Assembly: GCF_000441555.1 (NCBI RefSeq)
Contig: NC_021885.1
Location: 360,001 to 392,000 of the forward strand
Direction: 5' to 3'
Source of the DNA: Candidatus Profftella armatura
GTDB lineage: Bacteria > Pseudomonadota > Gammaproteobacteria > Burkholderiales > Burkholderiaceae
Length of the DNA: 32,000 nt
A model generated the notes under the pieces. The model was not told where the DNA came from, did not search any database, and saw only the letters and a list, made by a program, of their open reading frames with translations. The position numbers and the translations under genes were made by a program. Below are positions 18,549 through 28,897 of this stretch, piece after piece (position 1 is the first letter of the stretch; each line of letters opens with the position of its first letter).

Positions 18549-18971
18549 TTGATAAATTCTAAAAATTTTTCCAATTCTTACGCAAAAGAAAAAAGAATTA
18601 TTAAAAAAAAAGATTTTTCTGCTATATTACGTTTACGCCCAATTCATAAAACTTCACATTTTTATTTGTATATACGATCTAATAAATTTGGAAAAAATCG
18701 TTTTGGAATTATAGTTTCAAAACGGTTTGCACCTCGTTCTGTTACTCGTAGTACTATTAAGAGAATTGCTAGAGAATTATTTAGACATAGTTATTTTTTT
18801 CCTTATATTGATTGTGTTGTTCGTTTATATAAACCAATAAATATTAAAAGTGATCCTGCTATTACTACTATGTTAAAACATTTATTAAGATCTGAATTAC
18901 GAGAATTATTAAAAATTAACGATTTAATTAATAAAATTACTGTAAATTTTAATTATATAACTAAAAATTAG
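18549..18971 (+). CDS. rnpA: ribonuclease P protein component
   Basis: The ORF sits directly after rpmH. It has the RNase P protein pattern (KKKDFSAILRL, RFGIIVSKRFAPRSVTRSTIKRIARELFR). There is no ATG in the N-terminal region, so the TTG at 18549 is taken from the track and the exact start is uncertain. Confidence 0.85.
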   Translation: MINSKNFSNSYAKEKRIIKKKDFSAILRLRPIHKTSHFYLYIRSNKFGKNRFGIIVSKRFAPRSVTRSTIKRIARELFRHSYFFPYIDCVVRLYKPINIKSDPAITTMLKHLLRSELRELLKINDLINKITVNFNYITKN

Positions 18972-19132
18972 TTTTAATAATAAAATATTATTGCAGTTCT
19001 TTATTTTAAAGAAATATAATATTATTATAATTCAAAGTATTTTATTTATGTTTATAAAAATATTTTTGTTTTTGTTATACATTCCCAATAAATAGTTATT
19101 TAATTTATAATCATATAAGTATATTAATTTTA

Positions 19133-20764
19133 ATGGACGTTAAACGTATTATTTTATGGATTATATTTTTCTTTTCTTTATTAATGATTTTTAATAGTTT
19201 GATAAATTTTAATAATCATAAATCTTTTTTTTTTTCAGATATAATAAAAAAAACATCTTTATTAAATAAATACGATATTGAAAAATCATCTATTATTAAT
19301 TATAAAAAACATATATGTTCAGAAGAAAAAAATATAAAAAAAAATTGTATTAATGTAAAAAGAAAAATTATTACAATTACTACTGATATTATTAAAGCTG
19401 ATATTGATACTATAGGCGGAACTTTGAAAAAATTAGAATTATTAAAATATAAAGATTCAAATAATTCTATAAATAATTTAAAATTGTTTAATTGCGAATC
19501 AAATAATACTTATTTAGCTAAATCTGGTTTGTTGAATAAAGAATTCCCCAATTCCAATTCAAAATTTATTGCCTTACCAGGAAAACGTACATTAGGTAAT
19601 AACGATTTTGTAAAATTAATTCTTGAATCAAAAAAAAATGATATTAAATTAACAAAAACCTATATTTTTAGACGTGGTGATTATAAAATTGATATAATAC
19701 ATACTATTACTAATTATAGTAATAAATCGATTATACCGTTATTGCAAATGGAATTAATTCGTGATGGAAATAAACCAAATGGAGAATCATATTTTTGCCG
19801 CACTTTTACTGGTTTAGCTTCATATAATAATACTGATAAATTTAAAAAAATATCATTTAAAGATATTGAAAAATCCAAAAGAATATATCTAAATCAATCT
19901 AATAATGGATGGATTGCAATAATACAACATTATTTTGTTTCAGCTATTATACCTATAAATGGAATAAAACGTGAAGCATTTATTAAAAAATTATCTAATA
20001 ATCTTTATAAGATTGATTATATTTTACCAATAAATAAAATTTCTCCTAATTCCAAAGTTGATATTAAATCTTATTTATATTCCGGTCCTCAAATATCAAC
20101 TATGTTATCAAAAACTGATCCTAATTTAGATTTAGTAAAAGATTATGGATGGTTAACTATTTTTGCTAAACCAATTTTTAAGTTAATGGTATATATTCAT
20201 GCATTTTTAGATAATTGGGGTTGGTCTATTATTTTTTTAACTATATTAATAAAATTAATATTTTTTCCATTATCAGCGATAAGTTATAAAAATATGCTTA
20301 AAATGAAATTATTATCACCAAAAATACAAGAAATACGTGATCGCAATAAAAAAAACATAAAAAAAACTAACGAGGAAATAGTTAATTTATATAAAAAAGA
20401 AAAAATAAATCCTTTTAGTAGTATTTTACCTATAATTATTCAAATTCCTGTTTTTATTTCTTTATATTCAGTATTATTAAATAGTATTGAAATAAGAAAT
20501 GCTCCATGGTTAGGATGGATACATGATTTATCTTCTCCAGATAAATTTTATATTTTACCAATATTTATGATGATTTCTACAATAATACAAAATCAACTTA
20601 ATTCACAATCATTAGATCCAGAACAAAATATAATCTCAAAATTTGCTCCAATCATTTTTTCAATAGTTTTTTTCTTTTTTCCATCTGGTTTAGTATTATA
20701 TTGGCTTATTAATAATATCTTAACAATTATTCAGCAATGGATAATAAATAGAAGTTTAATATAA
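19133..20764 (+). CDS. yidC: membrane protein insertase YidC
   Basis: 543-aa ORF with an N-terminal TM helix, a large periplasmic domain and the conserved C-terminal 60-kDa insertase core (GWSIIFLTILIKLIFFPLS, NPFSSILPIIIQIPVFISLY, PSGLVLYWLINNILTIIQQ). Confidence 0.95.
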   Translation: MDVKRIILWIIFFFSLLMIFNSLINFNNHKSFFFSDIIKKTSLLNKYDIEKSSIINYKKHICSEEKNIKKNCINVKRKIITITTDIIKADIDTIGGTLKKLELLKYKDSNNSINNLKLFNCESNNTYLAKSGLLNKEFPNSNSKFIALPGKRTLGNNDFVKLILESKKNDIKLTKTYIFRRGDYKIDIIHTITNYSNKSIIPLLQMELIRDGNKPNGESYFCRTFTGLASYNNTDKFKKISFKDIEKSKRIYLNQSNNGWIAIIQHYFVSAIIPINGIKREAFIKKLSNNLYKIDYILPINKISPNSKVDIKSYLYSGPQISTMLSKTDPNLDLVKDYGWLTIFAKPIFKLMVYIHAFLDNWGWSIIFLTILIKLIFFPLSAISYKNMLKMKLLSPKIQEIRDRNKKNIKKTNEEIVNLYKKEKINPFSSILPIIIQIPVFISLYSVLLNSIEIRNAPWLGWIHDLSSPDKFYILPIFMMISTIIQNQLNSQSLDPEQNIISKFAPIIFSIVFFFFPSGLVLYWLINNILTIIQQWIINRSLI

Positions 20765-20813
20765 TTTATATATTAGATTTTATTAAGAAATTTTTAAAAA
20801 AATAAAGTATAAA

Positions 20814-22232
20814 ATGTTAACAAAAAATTCTCCTATTATTGGAATAGCCACTCCTCCAGGAAGAGGGGGAGTAGGTATTATTCGTTTATCTGGAAAAAAT
20901 CTTTGGTCAATTGTTGAAATAGTTTGTAAAAAAACAAAAAAACAATTAAAACCACGTTTTGCTACTTATTCATCTTTTTTTTGTAAAAATAATAATATTA
21001 TTGATAAAGGTTTAGTTATTTATTTTAAAGCTCCACATTCTTATACAGGAGAGGATGTAATAGAATTACATGGACATGGCGGACCAATTATATTACATAT
21101 GTTATTATCTTCTTGTTTAGAAATAGGTAAAAGTATTGGATTAAGATTAGCTATGCCAGGTGAATTTACTAAACGAGCTTTTTTAAATAATAAATTAGAT
21201 TTAATTCAAGTAGAAGCAATAATTGATTTAATTAATGCCTCTACAGAGTCCGCAGCTAAATCAGCAATGATTTCTTTATCTGGAAAATTTTCTAAATTAA
21301 TTAATATATTATTAGACAAATTAATTAATTTACGTACTTTAATTGAATTTTCTTTTGATTTTCCAGAAGAAAATCAAGAATTGATTTTAAATAAAAATGA
21401 TTTTTTTAATGAGTTAATTAAAATCAAAAAAAAATTATTAAAAATAATACAACAAGGTAAAAAAAGAGCATTAATTCGTAATGGACTTAATGTAGTTTTA
21501 ATTGGACAACCGAATGTAGGAAAATCTTCATTATTTAATTCTTTAGTTGGTTCTGATGTTGCAATTGTAACTTCTATTGCAGGAACTACACGAGACAAAA
21601 TCACTAAAACTATTCAAATTAATAAATTTTTATTCAAAATTACTGATACCGCGGGTATTCCTGATATTAATAGTAAAATAAAAAAAAATATTAATGAAGT
21701 TGAAAAAATTGGTATTGAACGTACTTGGGTTGAGTTAAAAAATTCTGATATTATTATTTATGTGCAAGATGCACGTTATGATAAACATACCGATTTTGAC
21801 AAAAAAATAATAAAAAATTTTCCAATGAACATTCCAGTAATTTATGTTTGGAATAAAATTGATTATTCTGGACATCAAAAAAATATTAATTATAAAAATA
21901 ATATAGCTAATATTTATTTATCAGCAAGTAAGGGTATTGGAATTAATTTATTACGAAATACTTTACTAGATTTAATTGAAAAAACTCAAACTATTGAATC
22001 ATCCCCTTATTTAGCGCGTGAACGTCATATACACTCTCTTAATGAAGCTAATTATTATTTATCTTGCGCAATAAAAATTATCAATCAATCAGAAAAAAAT
22101 TTTGAAAAAAATTTAGAGTTAATTGCTGAGGATTTACGATTTTGTCATGAAAAATTAAGTAGTATTATTGGTAAATCTACAACAAATGATTTATTAGATA
22201 ATATATTTTCACAATTTTGTATTGGAAAATAA
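20814..22232 (+). CDS. mnmE: tRNA modification GTPase MnmE (TrmE)
   Basis: 472-aa ORF with an N-terminal GIATPPGRGGVGIIRLSG, the G-domain GQPNVGKSSLFN / DTAG / NKID, and the C-terminal CIGK motif. Confidence 0.97.
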   Translation: MLTKNSPIIGIATPPGRGGVGIIRLSGKNLWSIVEIVCKKTKKQLKPRFATYSSFFCKNNNIIDKGLVIYFKAPHSYTGEDVIELHGHGGPIILHMLLSSCLEIGKSIGLRLAMPGEFTKRAFLNNKLDLIQVEAIIDLINASTESAAKSAMISLSGKFSKLINILLDKLINLRTLIEFSFDFPEENQELILNKNDFFNELIKIKKKLLKIIQQGKKRALIRNGLNVVLIGQPNVGKSSLFNSLVGSDVAIVTSIAGTTRDKITKTIQINKFLFKITDTAGIPDINSKIKKNINEVEKIGIERTWVELKNSDIIIYVQDARYDKHTDFDKKIIKNFPMNIPVIYVWNKIDYSGHQKNINYKNNIANIYLSASKGIGINLLRNTLLDLIEKTQTIESSPYLARERHIHSLNEANYYLSCAIKIINQSEKNFEKNLELIAEDLRFCHEKLSSIIGKSTTNDLLDNIFSQFCIGK

Positions 22233-22243
22233 TTTTTAAAAAA

Positions 22244-23263
22244 TTATATTTTATTAATTTTCCACTGCGGTTTTATATTAAACTCATAATTTGATTCTGA
22301 TTTATAATTATTTTCTATGCGCATTGCCCCGGCAAATGCAATCATTGCACCATTATCTGTACAAAATTCTTTTTTAGGATAAAACACTGTATAGTTATAT
22401 TGTTTTTTTAATATATTTAATTTCTTTCTTAATTGTTTATTCGCCCCAACCCCACCAACAACTACTAATTTATTGATTCCCGTATTTTTTAATGCCGCTA
22501 TACATTTAAATGTTAAAACATCAATAATAGCATCCAAAAATCCTCTTGCTATATTTGCTTTTTCTTTTTTTAAAGAATCTAATTTAATATTCTTAATTAC
22601 ATTTAAAACAGAAGTTTTTAGACCAGAAAAACTGAAATTAAAATTATTTGTATATAACATTGGTCTAGGAAATTTATAAATATTAGGATCACCAAATTCA
22701 GAAATTAATGAAATTTCTGGACCACCAGGATATCCTAAATCTAACATTTTAGCAATTTTATCAAAAGTATCCCCTGCAGCATCATCTAATGTCTCACCTA
22801 ATAAAAAATAATTACCAATACTATTAACTTTTATTAATTGTGTATGCCCTCCCGAAACAAGAAGCGCAATAAAAGGAAATGTAAGAGAATTATTTGATAA
22901 AAATGGAGACAATAAATGTCCTTCTAGATGATTAATACCAATTACTGGTTTATTAATCGATAAAGCTATGCTGCAAGCTATAGATGATCCAACTAATAGA
23001 GATCCAGGCAACCCGGGACCCCTAGTATATGCAATAATATCAATTTTTTTTAATTCTAAATTAGAATTTTTTAATAATTTACTTAATAATGGGATTATTG
23101 TTTGAATATGAGTACGAGCAGCCAGTTCCGGAACAACTCCTCCGTATTCTTTATGTACTAAATTTTGAGAACATATTACATGACTTCTTAAATTTTTAAT
23201 ATGAGTATCGTATAAAGCTAAACCACTATCATCACAAGAAGATTCAATGCCTAATATAATCAT
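22244..23263 (-). CDS. tsaD: tRNA N6-adenosine threonylcarbamoyltransferase TsaD (Gcp)
   Basis: 339-aa ORF with ILGIESSCDDSGLALYD, HLEGHLLSPF and VSGGHTQL (the metal-binding His pair context), plus GGVGANKQLR and CTDNGAMIA. Confidence 0.95.
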   Translation of the reverse strand: MIILGIESSCDDSGLALYDTHIKNLRSHVICSQNLVHKEYGGVVPELAARTHIQTIIPLLSKLLKNSNLELKKIDIIAYTRGPGLPGSLLVGSSIACSIALSINKPVIGINHLEGHLLSPFLSNNSLTFPFIALLVSGGHTQLIKVNSIGNYFLLGETLDDAAGDTFDKIAKMLDLGYPGGPEISLISEFGDPNIYKFPRPMLYTNNFNFSFSGLKTSVLNVIKNIKLDSLKKEKANIARGFLDAIIDVLTFKCIAALKNTGINKLVVVGGVGANKQLRKKLNILKKQYNYTVFYPKKEFCTDNGAMIAFAGAMRIENNYKSESNYEFNIKPQWKINKI

Positions 23264-23307
23264 AATATGATTTTAAAAATTTAATATAGTGAATTTTAAT
23301 AAATAAA

Positions 23308-23616
23308 TTATAATTTAAATGGTAAATTTCCTGTTAAGTTAAATAGTTTTTCTTGTGATTTCATTTCTGCTTTTTTTATAGCATCATTAAAAGCTGCTAC
23401 CGTTAAATCTTCTAACATATCTTTATCTTCATTTAATAATTTTGAATCAATAAACACTCTTTTTACATAATTTTTACAAGTCATTAAAACTTTTACCATA
23501 CCAGCGCCAGACTGTCCTTCTACTTCAATAGAAGATAATTCTTCTTGAGCTTTTTTCATTTTATCTTGAATAATTTTTGCTTGACTAATAAAATCTGTTA
23601 TTTTATTTTTTATCAT
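23308..23616 (-). CDS. ybaB: nucleoid-associated protein YbaB/EbfC
   Basis: 102-aa ORF with the [11 protein letters not shown]...[12 protein letters not shown]...[14 protein letters not shown] pattern of YbaB. It sits directly downstream of dnaX, as is widely conserved. Confidence 0.9.
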   Translation of the reverse strand: MIKNKITDFISQAKIIQDKMKKAQEELSSIEVEGQSGAGMVKVLMTCKNYVKRVFIDSKLLNEDKDMLEDLTVAAFNDAIKKAEMKSQEKLFNLTGNLPFKL

Positions 23617-23647
23617 ATTTTTTTAAAAATTATTAATAATTAATAAA

Positions 23648-23743
23648 TTAAATATATTTTTTTATTAAAACAATATCAAATTCATTTATTAAATCTTTTA
23701 AAAATGAATAAATATTTTCTTCAGAAAAGTTATTAGTTTCCAT
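23648..23743 (-). pseudogene. 31-codon ORF resembling the extreme C-terminal tail of DnaX tau (probable relic)
   Basis: METNNFSEENIYSFLKDLINEFDIVLIKKYI*, with an AGGAAA Shine-Dalgarno about 9 nt upstream. It is in the same reading frame as dnaX but separated from its stop by five further in-frame stops. It resembles the end of E. coli tau (...NIQTLRRFFDAELDEESIRPI, from memory). The similarity was judged by eye only. Confidence 0.4.
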
Positions 23744-23797
23744 GTATTAAATTTCCTTTCTATTAATTTATTATATGTATTATTTTTTACAAAAATT

Positions 23798-24991
23798 TTA
23801 TGAAAAATTTTTAAATTTATTTGATACAGATAAAAGAGATTCATTTACTGTATCTTTTGAATTTTTTAAATTATTATAATCTAAATGATTATGTAATGTT
23901 TGAAAAACTAACATACGTAATAATGTCATAGTAAATCCAGCATATTCATCCGGTGCTAATTCTAGTTCATTTCTTCCATGTATACTTATTTGATAAAAAA
24001 GTTGTATTTGCTCAATATTAAATTTTTTTGACAATTGAATAATTTCATTATAATTTGGAGAGTCTTTTATTAATATTTCAGGAGATATTTGTATTAATGA
24101 AATTTGATGCAACAATAAACTAAGATCCTTTAAAACAATACTATATGATAAATTATATATTTCTATTTTATTTGCAATAGATAATATTAAATTACCATCT
24201 TGTTCTGCTAACGCATCTAATATTTGTATTAAATATTTTTGATCAATAATACTCAACATTTCTTGCATGGAATTTAATGTAATTTTTTCGGATGAGTAAT
24301 TAATAGCTTGATCAGTTAAAGATAATGCATCTCTCATAGATCCTTGCGCTCCAGTAGCAATTAAATTTAGAGCAGATGTCTCAAATTTAATATTTTCTTT
24401 ATTTAGAATATAACAAAGATTATTAACAATATCATGATGCAACATTTTTTTTAAATTAAATTGAATACATCTTGATAATACGGTAATTGGAATTTTTTGA
24501 GGTTCAGTTGTCGCTAATATGAATTTAATATATTTTGGTGGTTCTTCTAATGTTTTTAACATTGCATTAAAAGCATGGTGAGTTAACATATGTACTTCGT
24601 CAATTACATATATTTTGTATCGAGCGTTAATTGGCGCATAAATTGTTTGTTCTAATAACTGTGCCATTTCATTAATTCCTCTAGTAGAAGCAGCATCCAT
24701 TTCTATGTAATCCATAAAACATCCATTATCTATTTTTACACAAACAGAACATTTTCCACAAGGTTGAGAAGTAATACCTCCATTACCATCTATACCAATA
24801 CAATTTAAACATTTTGCCAAAATTCGTGATATTGTTGTTTTTCCAACTCCCCGAGTTCCAGTAAACAAATATGCATGATGCAGTCTTTTTTTGTCTAAAG
24901 CATTTATTAAAGACTTTGAAATGTGATTTTGTCCAATTAAAGTATTAAAATTGCTAGGTCGATATTTACGAGCAAGAACTTGATAAGACAT
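23798..24991 (-). CDS. dnaX: DNA polymerase III clamp-loader subunit DnaX, gamma-length (domains I-III only)
   Basis: 397-aa ORF with YRPSNFNTLIGQ, Walker A GTRGVGKTT, a zinc module (CLNC...CGKCSVC), a DEVH box, SRC (LSRC) and the sensor 2 region. It ends shortly after domain III, so the tau domains IV-V are absent. Confidence 0.93.
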   Translation of the reverse strand: MSYQVLARKYRPSNFNTLIGQNHISKSLINALDKKRLHHAYLFTGTRGVGKTTISRILAKCLNCIGIDGNGGITSQPCGKCSVCVKIDNGCFMDYIEMDAASTRGINEMAQLLEQTIYAPINARYKIYVIDEVHMLTHHAFNAMLKTLEEPPKYIKFILATTEPQKIPITVLSRCIQFNLKKMLHHDIVNNLCYILNKENIKFETSALNLIATGAQGSMRDALSLTDQAINYSSEKITLNSMQEMLSIIDQKYLIQILDALAEQDGNLILSIANKIEIYNLSYSIVLKDLSLLLHQISLIQISPEILIKDSPNYNEIIQLSKKFNIEQIQLFYQISIHGRNELELAPDEYAGFTMTLLRMLVFQTLHNHLDYNNLKNSKDTVNESLLSVSNKFKNFS

Positions 24992-25058
24992 ATAATATAA
25001 AATTATCGAGATTTTAAAAAAATTTAAGAATTTTATAAAAGTATAAAAAAATAATAAA

Positions 25059-26306
25059 CTAATTTTTATAAATTGGAAATTTATTAGTTATTTTTTTTAC
25101 TTCTTTTTTAACATTTTTAATATTTTCTTGATTAAAAGGATAATCTAAAATATCAGCGCATAAATTACCAACTTTAATAATTTCTAATTCACTAAATCCT
25201 CTTGTAGTTATTGCTGAACTCCCTAATCTAATTCCTGATGTAAAATATGGTTTTTCTGGGTCATTTGGAATAGAATTTTTGTTACAAATTATGTTTGCTG
25301 ACTCAAGAATAGATTCAGCTATTTTTCCAGTAATTTTTTTATTTCTTAGGTCAACTAAAATAATATGTGATTTAGTTCCACCAGAAACAATACGTATACC
25401 ACGCTGATCTAAAATTTTAGATAATATTTTTGCATTTTTTACAACTTGTTTTTGATAAATTTTAAAATCAGGTTTTAAAACTTCTTTAAATGCTACTGCT
25501 TTAGCAGCAATAACATGCATTAAAGGCCCCCCTTGAATTCCTGGAAACACGGCAGAATTAATAATTTTTTTATATTTTTTTTTCATTAAAATAAATCCGC
25601 CACGTGGACCACGTAAAGATTTGTGTGTAGTTGATGTTATAAAGTCAGCAAATGGAACAGGATTTGGATACTCTCCGGCGGCAATTAATCCAGCATAATG
25701 CGCCATATCTACCATAAAATAAGAGTTAATATTTTTAGCAATATGATAAAAACGCTCAAAATCAATATATTGTGAATAAGCCGAAGCGCCCGCAATAATT
25801 AATTTTGGTTTATTTTTTTTAGCTAAATATTCTACTTTTTTATAATCAATTTTTTCTTTTTTATTTAAACCATAACAAATAGAATTAAACCATTTACCAG
25901 ACATATTTAACATCATACCATGAGTTAAATGTCCGCCTTCCTGTAATGACATTCCCATAATTGTATCCCCAGGATTTAAAACAGAAAAAAATACTGCTTG
26001 ATTAGCTTGTGATCCTGAATGAGGTTGAACATTAGCAGCTTCAGCATTAAAAATTTTTTTTAAACGATTTATTGCTATTTTTTCTATTAAATCAATAAAT
26101 TTACATCCACCATAATAACGTTTACCAGGATAACCTTCAGCATATTTATTTGTTAATAATGTACCTTGTGCTTCCATAACAGCTAGAGATGTATAATTTT
26201 CGGAAGCAATTAATTCAATATTATTATTTTGACGTTGTTTTTCCTTTAATATAATTTCCCATATCTTAGGATCAATTTTAGATAAATTTTCATTTTTTAT
26301 AATCAT
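25059..26306 (-). CDS. glyA: serine hydroxymethyltransferase
   Basis: 415-aa ORF with [24 protein letters not shown] and the PLP-lysine motif [12 protein letters not shown]. It is full length. Confidence 0.98.
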   Translation of the reverse strand: MIIKNENLSKIDPKIWEIILKEKQRQNNNIELIASENYTSLAVMEAQGTLLTNKYAEGYPGKRYYGGCKFIDLIEKIAINRLKKIFNAEAANVQPHSGSQANQAVFFSVLNPGDTIMGMSLQEGGHLTHGMMLNMSGKWFNSICYGLNKKEKIDYKKVEYLAKKNKPKLIIAGASAYSQYIDFERFYHIAKNINSYFMVDMAHYAGLIAAGEYPNPVPFADFITSTTHKSLRGPRGGFILMKKKYKKIINSAVFPGIQGGPLMHVIAAKAVAFKEVLKPDFKIYQKQVVKNAKILSKILDQRGIRIVSGGTKSHIILVDLRNKKITGKIAESILESANIICNKNSIPNDPEKPYFTSGIRLGSSAITTRGFSELEIIKVGNLCADILDYPFNQENIKNVKKEVKKITNKFPIYKN

Positions 26307-26404
26307 TATTATGTTACATTATTTTTATTAAATTAATAAATTAATTTATTTTTAATAAATAATTAATTTTTTAAAATACAAAATTATTATATTTTTTATG
26401 AAAT

Positions 26405-26434
26405 TTGACAGTTATTTTAAGACACATTTATAAT
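26405..26434 (+). promoter_or_regulatory. consensus sigma70 promoter for tRNA-Lys (TTGACA-N18-TATAAT)
   Basis: There is an exact TTGACA at 26405-26410 and an exact TATAAT at 26429-26434, with an 18-nt spacer. The -10 ends 19 nt upstream of the tRNA 5' end at 26454. Confidence 0.6.
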
Positions 26435-26453
26435 AGTGACATTAAATTTTTTT

Positions 26454-26526
26454 GGGTCGTTAGCTCAGTTGGTAGAGCAGCGGACTTTTAATCCGTTGGT
26501 CGCAGGTTCAAGTCCTGCACGGCCTA
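26454..26526 (+). tRNA. tRNA-Lys (anticodon UUU)
   Basis: GGGTCGTTAGCTCAGTTGGTAGAGCAGCGGACTTTTAATCCGTTGGTCGCAGGTTCAAGTCCTGCACGGCCTA folds into a cloverleaf with D stem GCTC/GAGC, anticodon stem GCGGA/TCCGT, loop CTTTTAA and T stem GCAGG/CCTGC. It is near-identical to E. coli tRNA-Lys. No CCA is encoded (TCT follows). Confidence 0.93.
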
Positions 26527-26552
26527 TCTATAAATAATTCCCAAATAATATT

Positions 26553-26585
26553 AAATTTAAATACAATATCATTGTATTTAAATTT
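26553..26585. repeat. perfect 15-bp inverted repeat with 3-nt loop downstream of tRNA-Lys
   Basis: AAATTTAAATACAAT (26553-26567), ATC, ATTGTATTTAAATTT (26571-26585). It could be a hairpin ending the tRNA-Lys transcript, since the right arm ends in a T-run. It is almost entirely A/T. Confidence 0.4.
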
Positions 26586-26609
26586 TAAATACACTCATCT
26601 CATAAATAT

Positions 26610-26630
26610 AAAAACCCCGCTTTAGCGAGG
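26610..26630 (-). terminator. rho-independent terminator of groES-groEL
   Basis: The minus-strand RNA reads CCUCGC-UAAA-GCGGGG: a 6-bp stem with one G-U pair and a 4-nt loop, followed by a U5 run. It lies about 40 nt after the groEL stop. On the plus strand the same stem has a C-A mismatch but is also followed by T5, so weak bidirectional activity is possible. Confidence 0.6.
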
Positions 26631-26673
26631 TTTTTATTTGTGTATTTGGTATTGTTATATTCGGTATAAATAT

Positions 26674-28386
<1,713 letters not shown>

Positions 28387-28391
28387 TTATA

Positions 28392-28682
28392 TTATTCTTC
28401 TATAACTGCAAATAAATCTTCTTCACGCATCACTAATAGCTCTTTACCATCAACTTTAACTGATTGACCAGCATATTTTCCAAATAAAACACGATCACCA
28501 ACTTTAATAGCTAAAGGACGGATTCTACCATCTTCTAAAATTTTTCCAGTACCAATAGCTAGGACTTCACCTTGATCCGGTTTTTCTGCGGCAGTTTCTG
28601 GTAAAACAATACCAGAAGCGGTTTTAGTTTCCTGATCGACACGTTTAACAATAACGCGATCGTGCAAAGGACGAAGACCCAT
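28392..28682 (-). CDS. groES: co-chaperonin GroES
   Basis: I place the start at the internal ATG (28682), giving [15 protein letters not shown]... (96 aa). This matches the GroES N-terminus (E. coli [14 protein letters not shown]) and is preceded by AAGGAG at 28694..28689, 6 nt upstream. The 13 extra codons in the track ORF are read-through of the leader. Confidence 0.97.
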   Translation of the reverse strand: MGLRPLHDRVIVKRVDQETKTASGIVLPETAAEKPDQGEVLAIGTGKILEDGRIRPLAIKVGDRVLFGKYAGQSVKVDGKELLVMREEDLFAVIEE

Positions 28683-28897
28683 AAAAAACTCCTTAAAATT
28701 CAATATGTTATGAATAATCAAATCTAAATATTTTTGATAGCAATATGAGGCTATTATAAAATAAAAATTTTTATAATTTTTATATATTATACATATTATA
28801 TATAATAATTTATATATAATAAATGTGAATCAATTATATTTCGATACTTAATAAAGATTAATAAAGATCATAAAAATTTTATAATGATCATTTAATG

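Noticed and set aside
19048-19095. 15-codon ORF MFIKIFLFLLYIPNK as a yidD remnant
   Set aside because: Its hydrophobic N-terminus resembles YidD only vaguely, and the diagnostic cysteine motif region is absent. It cannot be distinguished from random AT-rich sequence.
21374-21604. 76-aa ORF antisense to mnmE
   Set aside because: It is a shadow ORF opposite the conserved G-domain of MnmE.
22473-22679. 68-aa ORF antisense to tsaD
   Set aside because: It is a shadow ORF inside a confident CDS.
28683-28721. 13-codon N-terminal extension of groES in the ORF track ([13 protein letters not shown])
   Set aside because: The internal ATG at 28682 gives the canonical GroES N-terminus and is preceded by AAGGAG at ideal spacing. 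The extension would contain that SD within the coding sequence.
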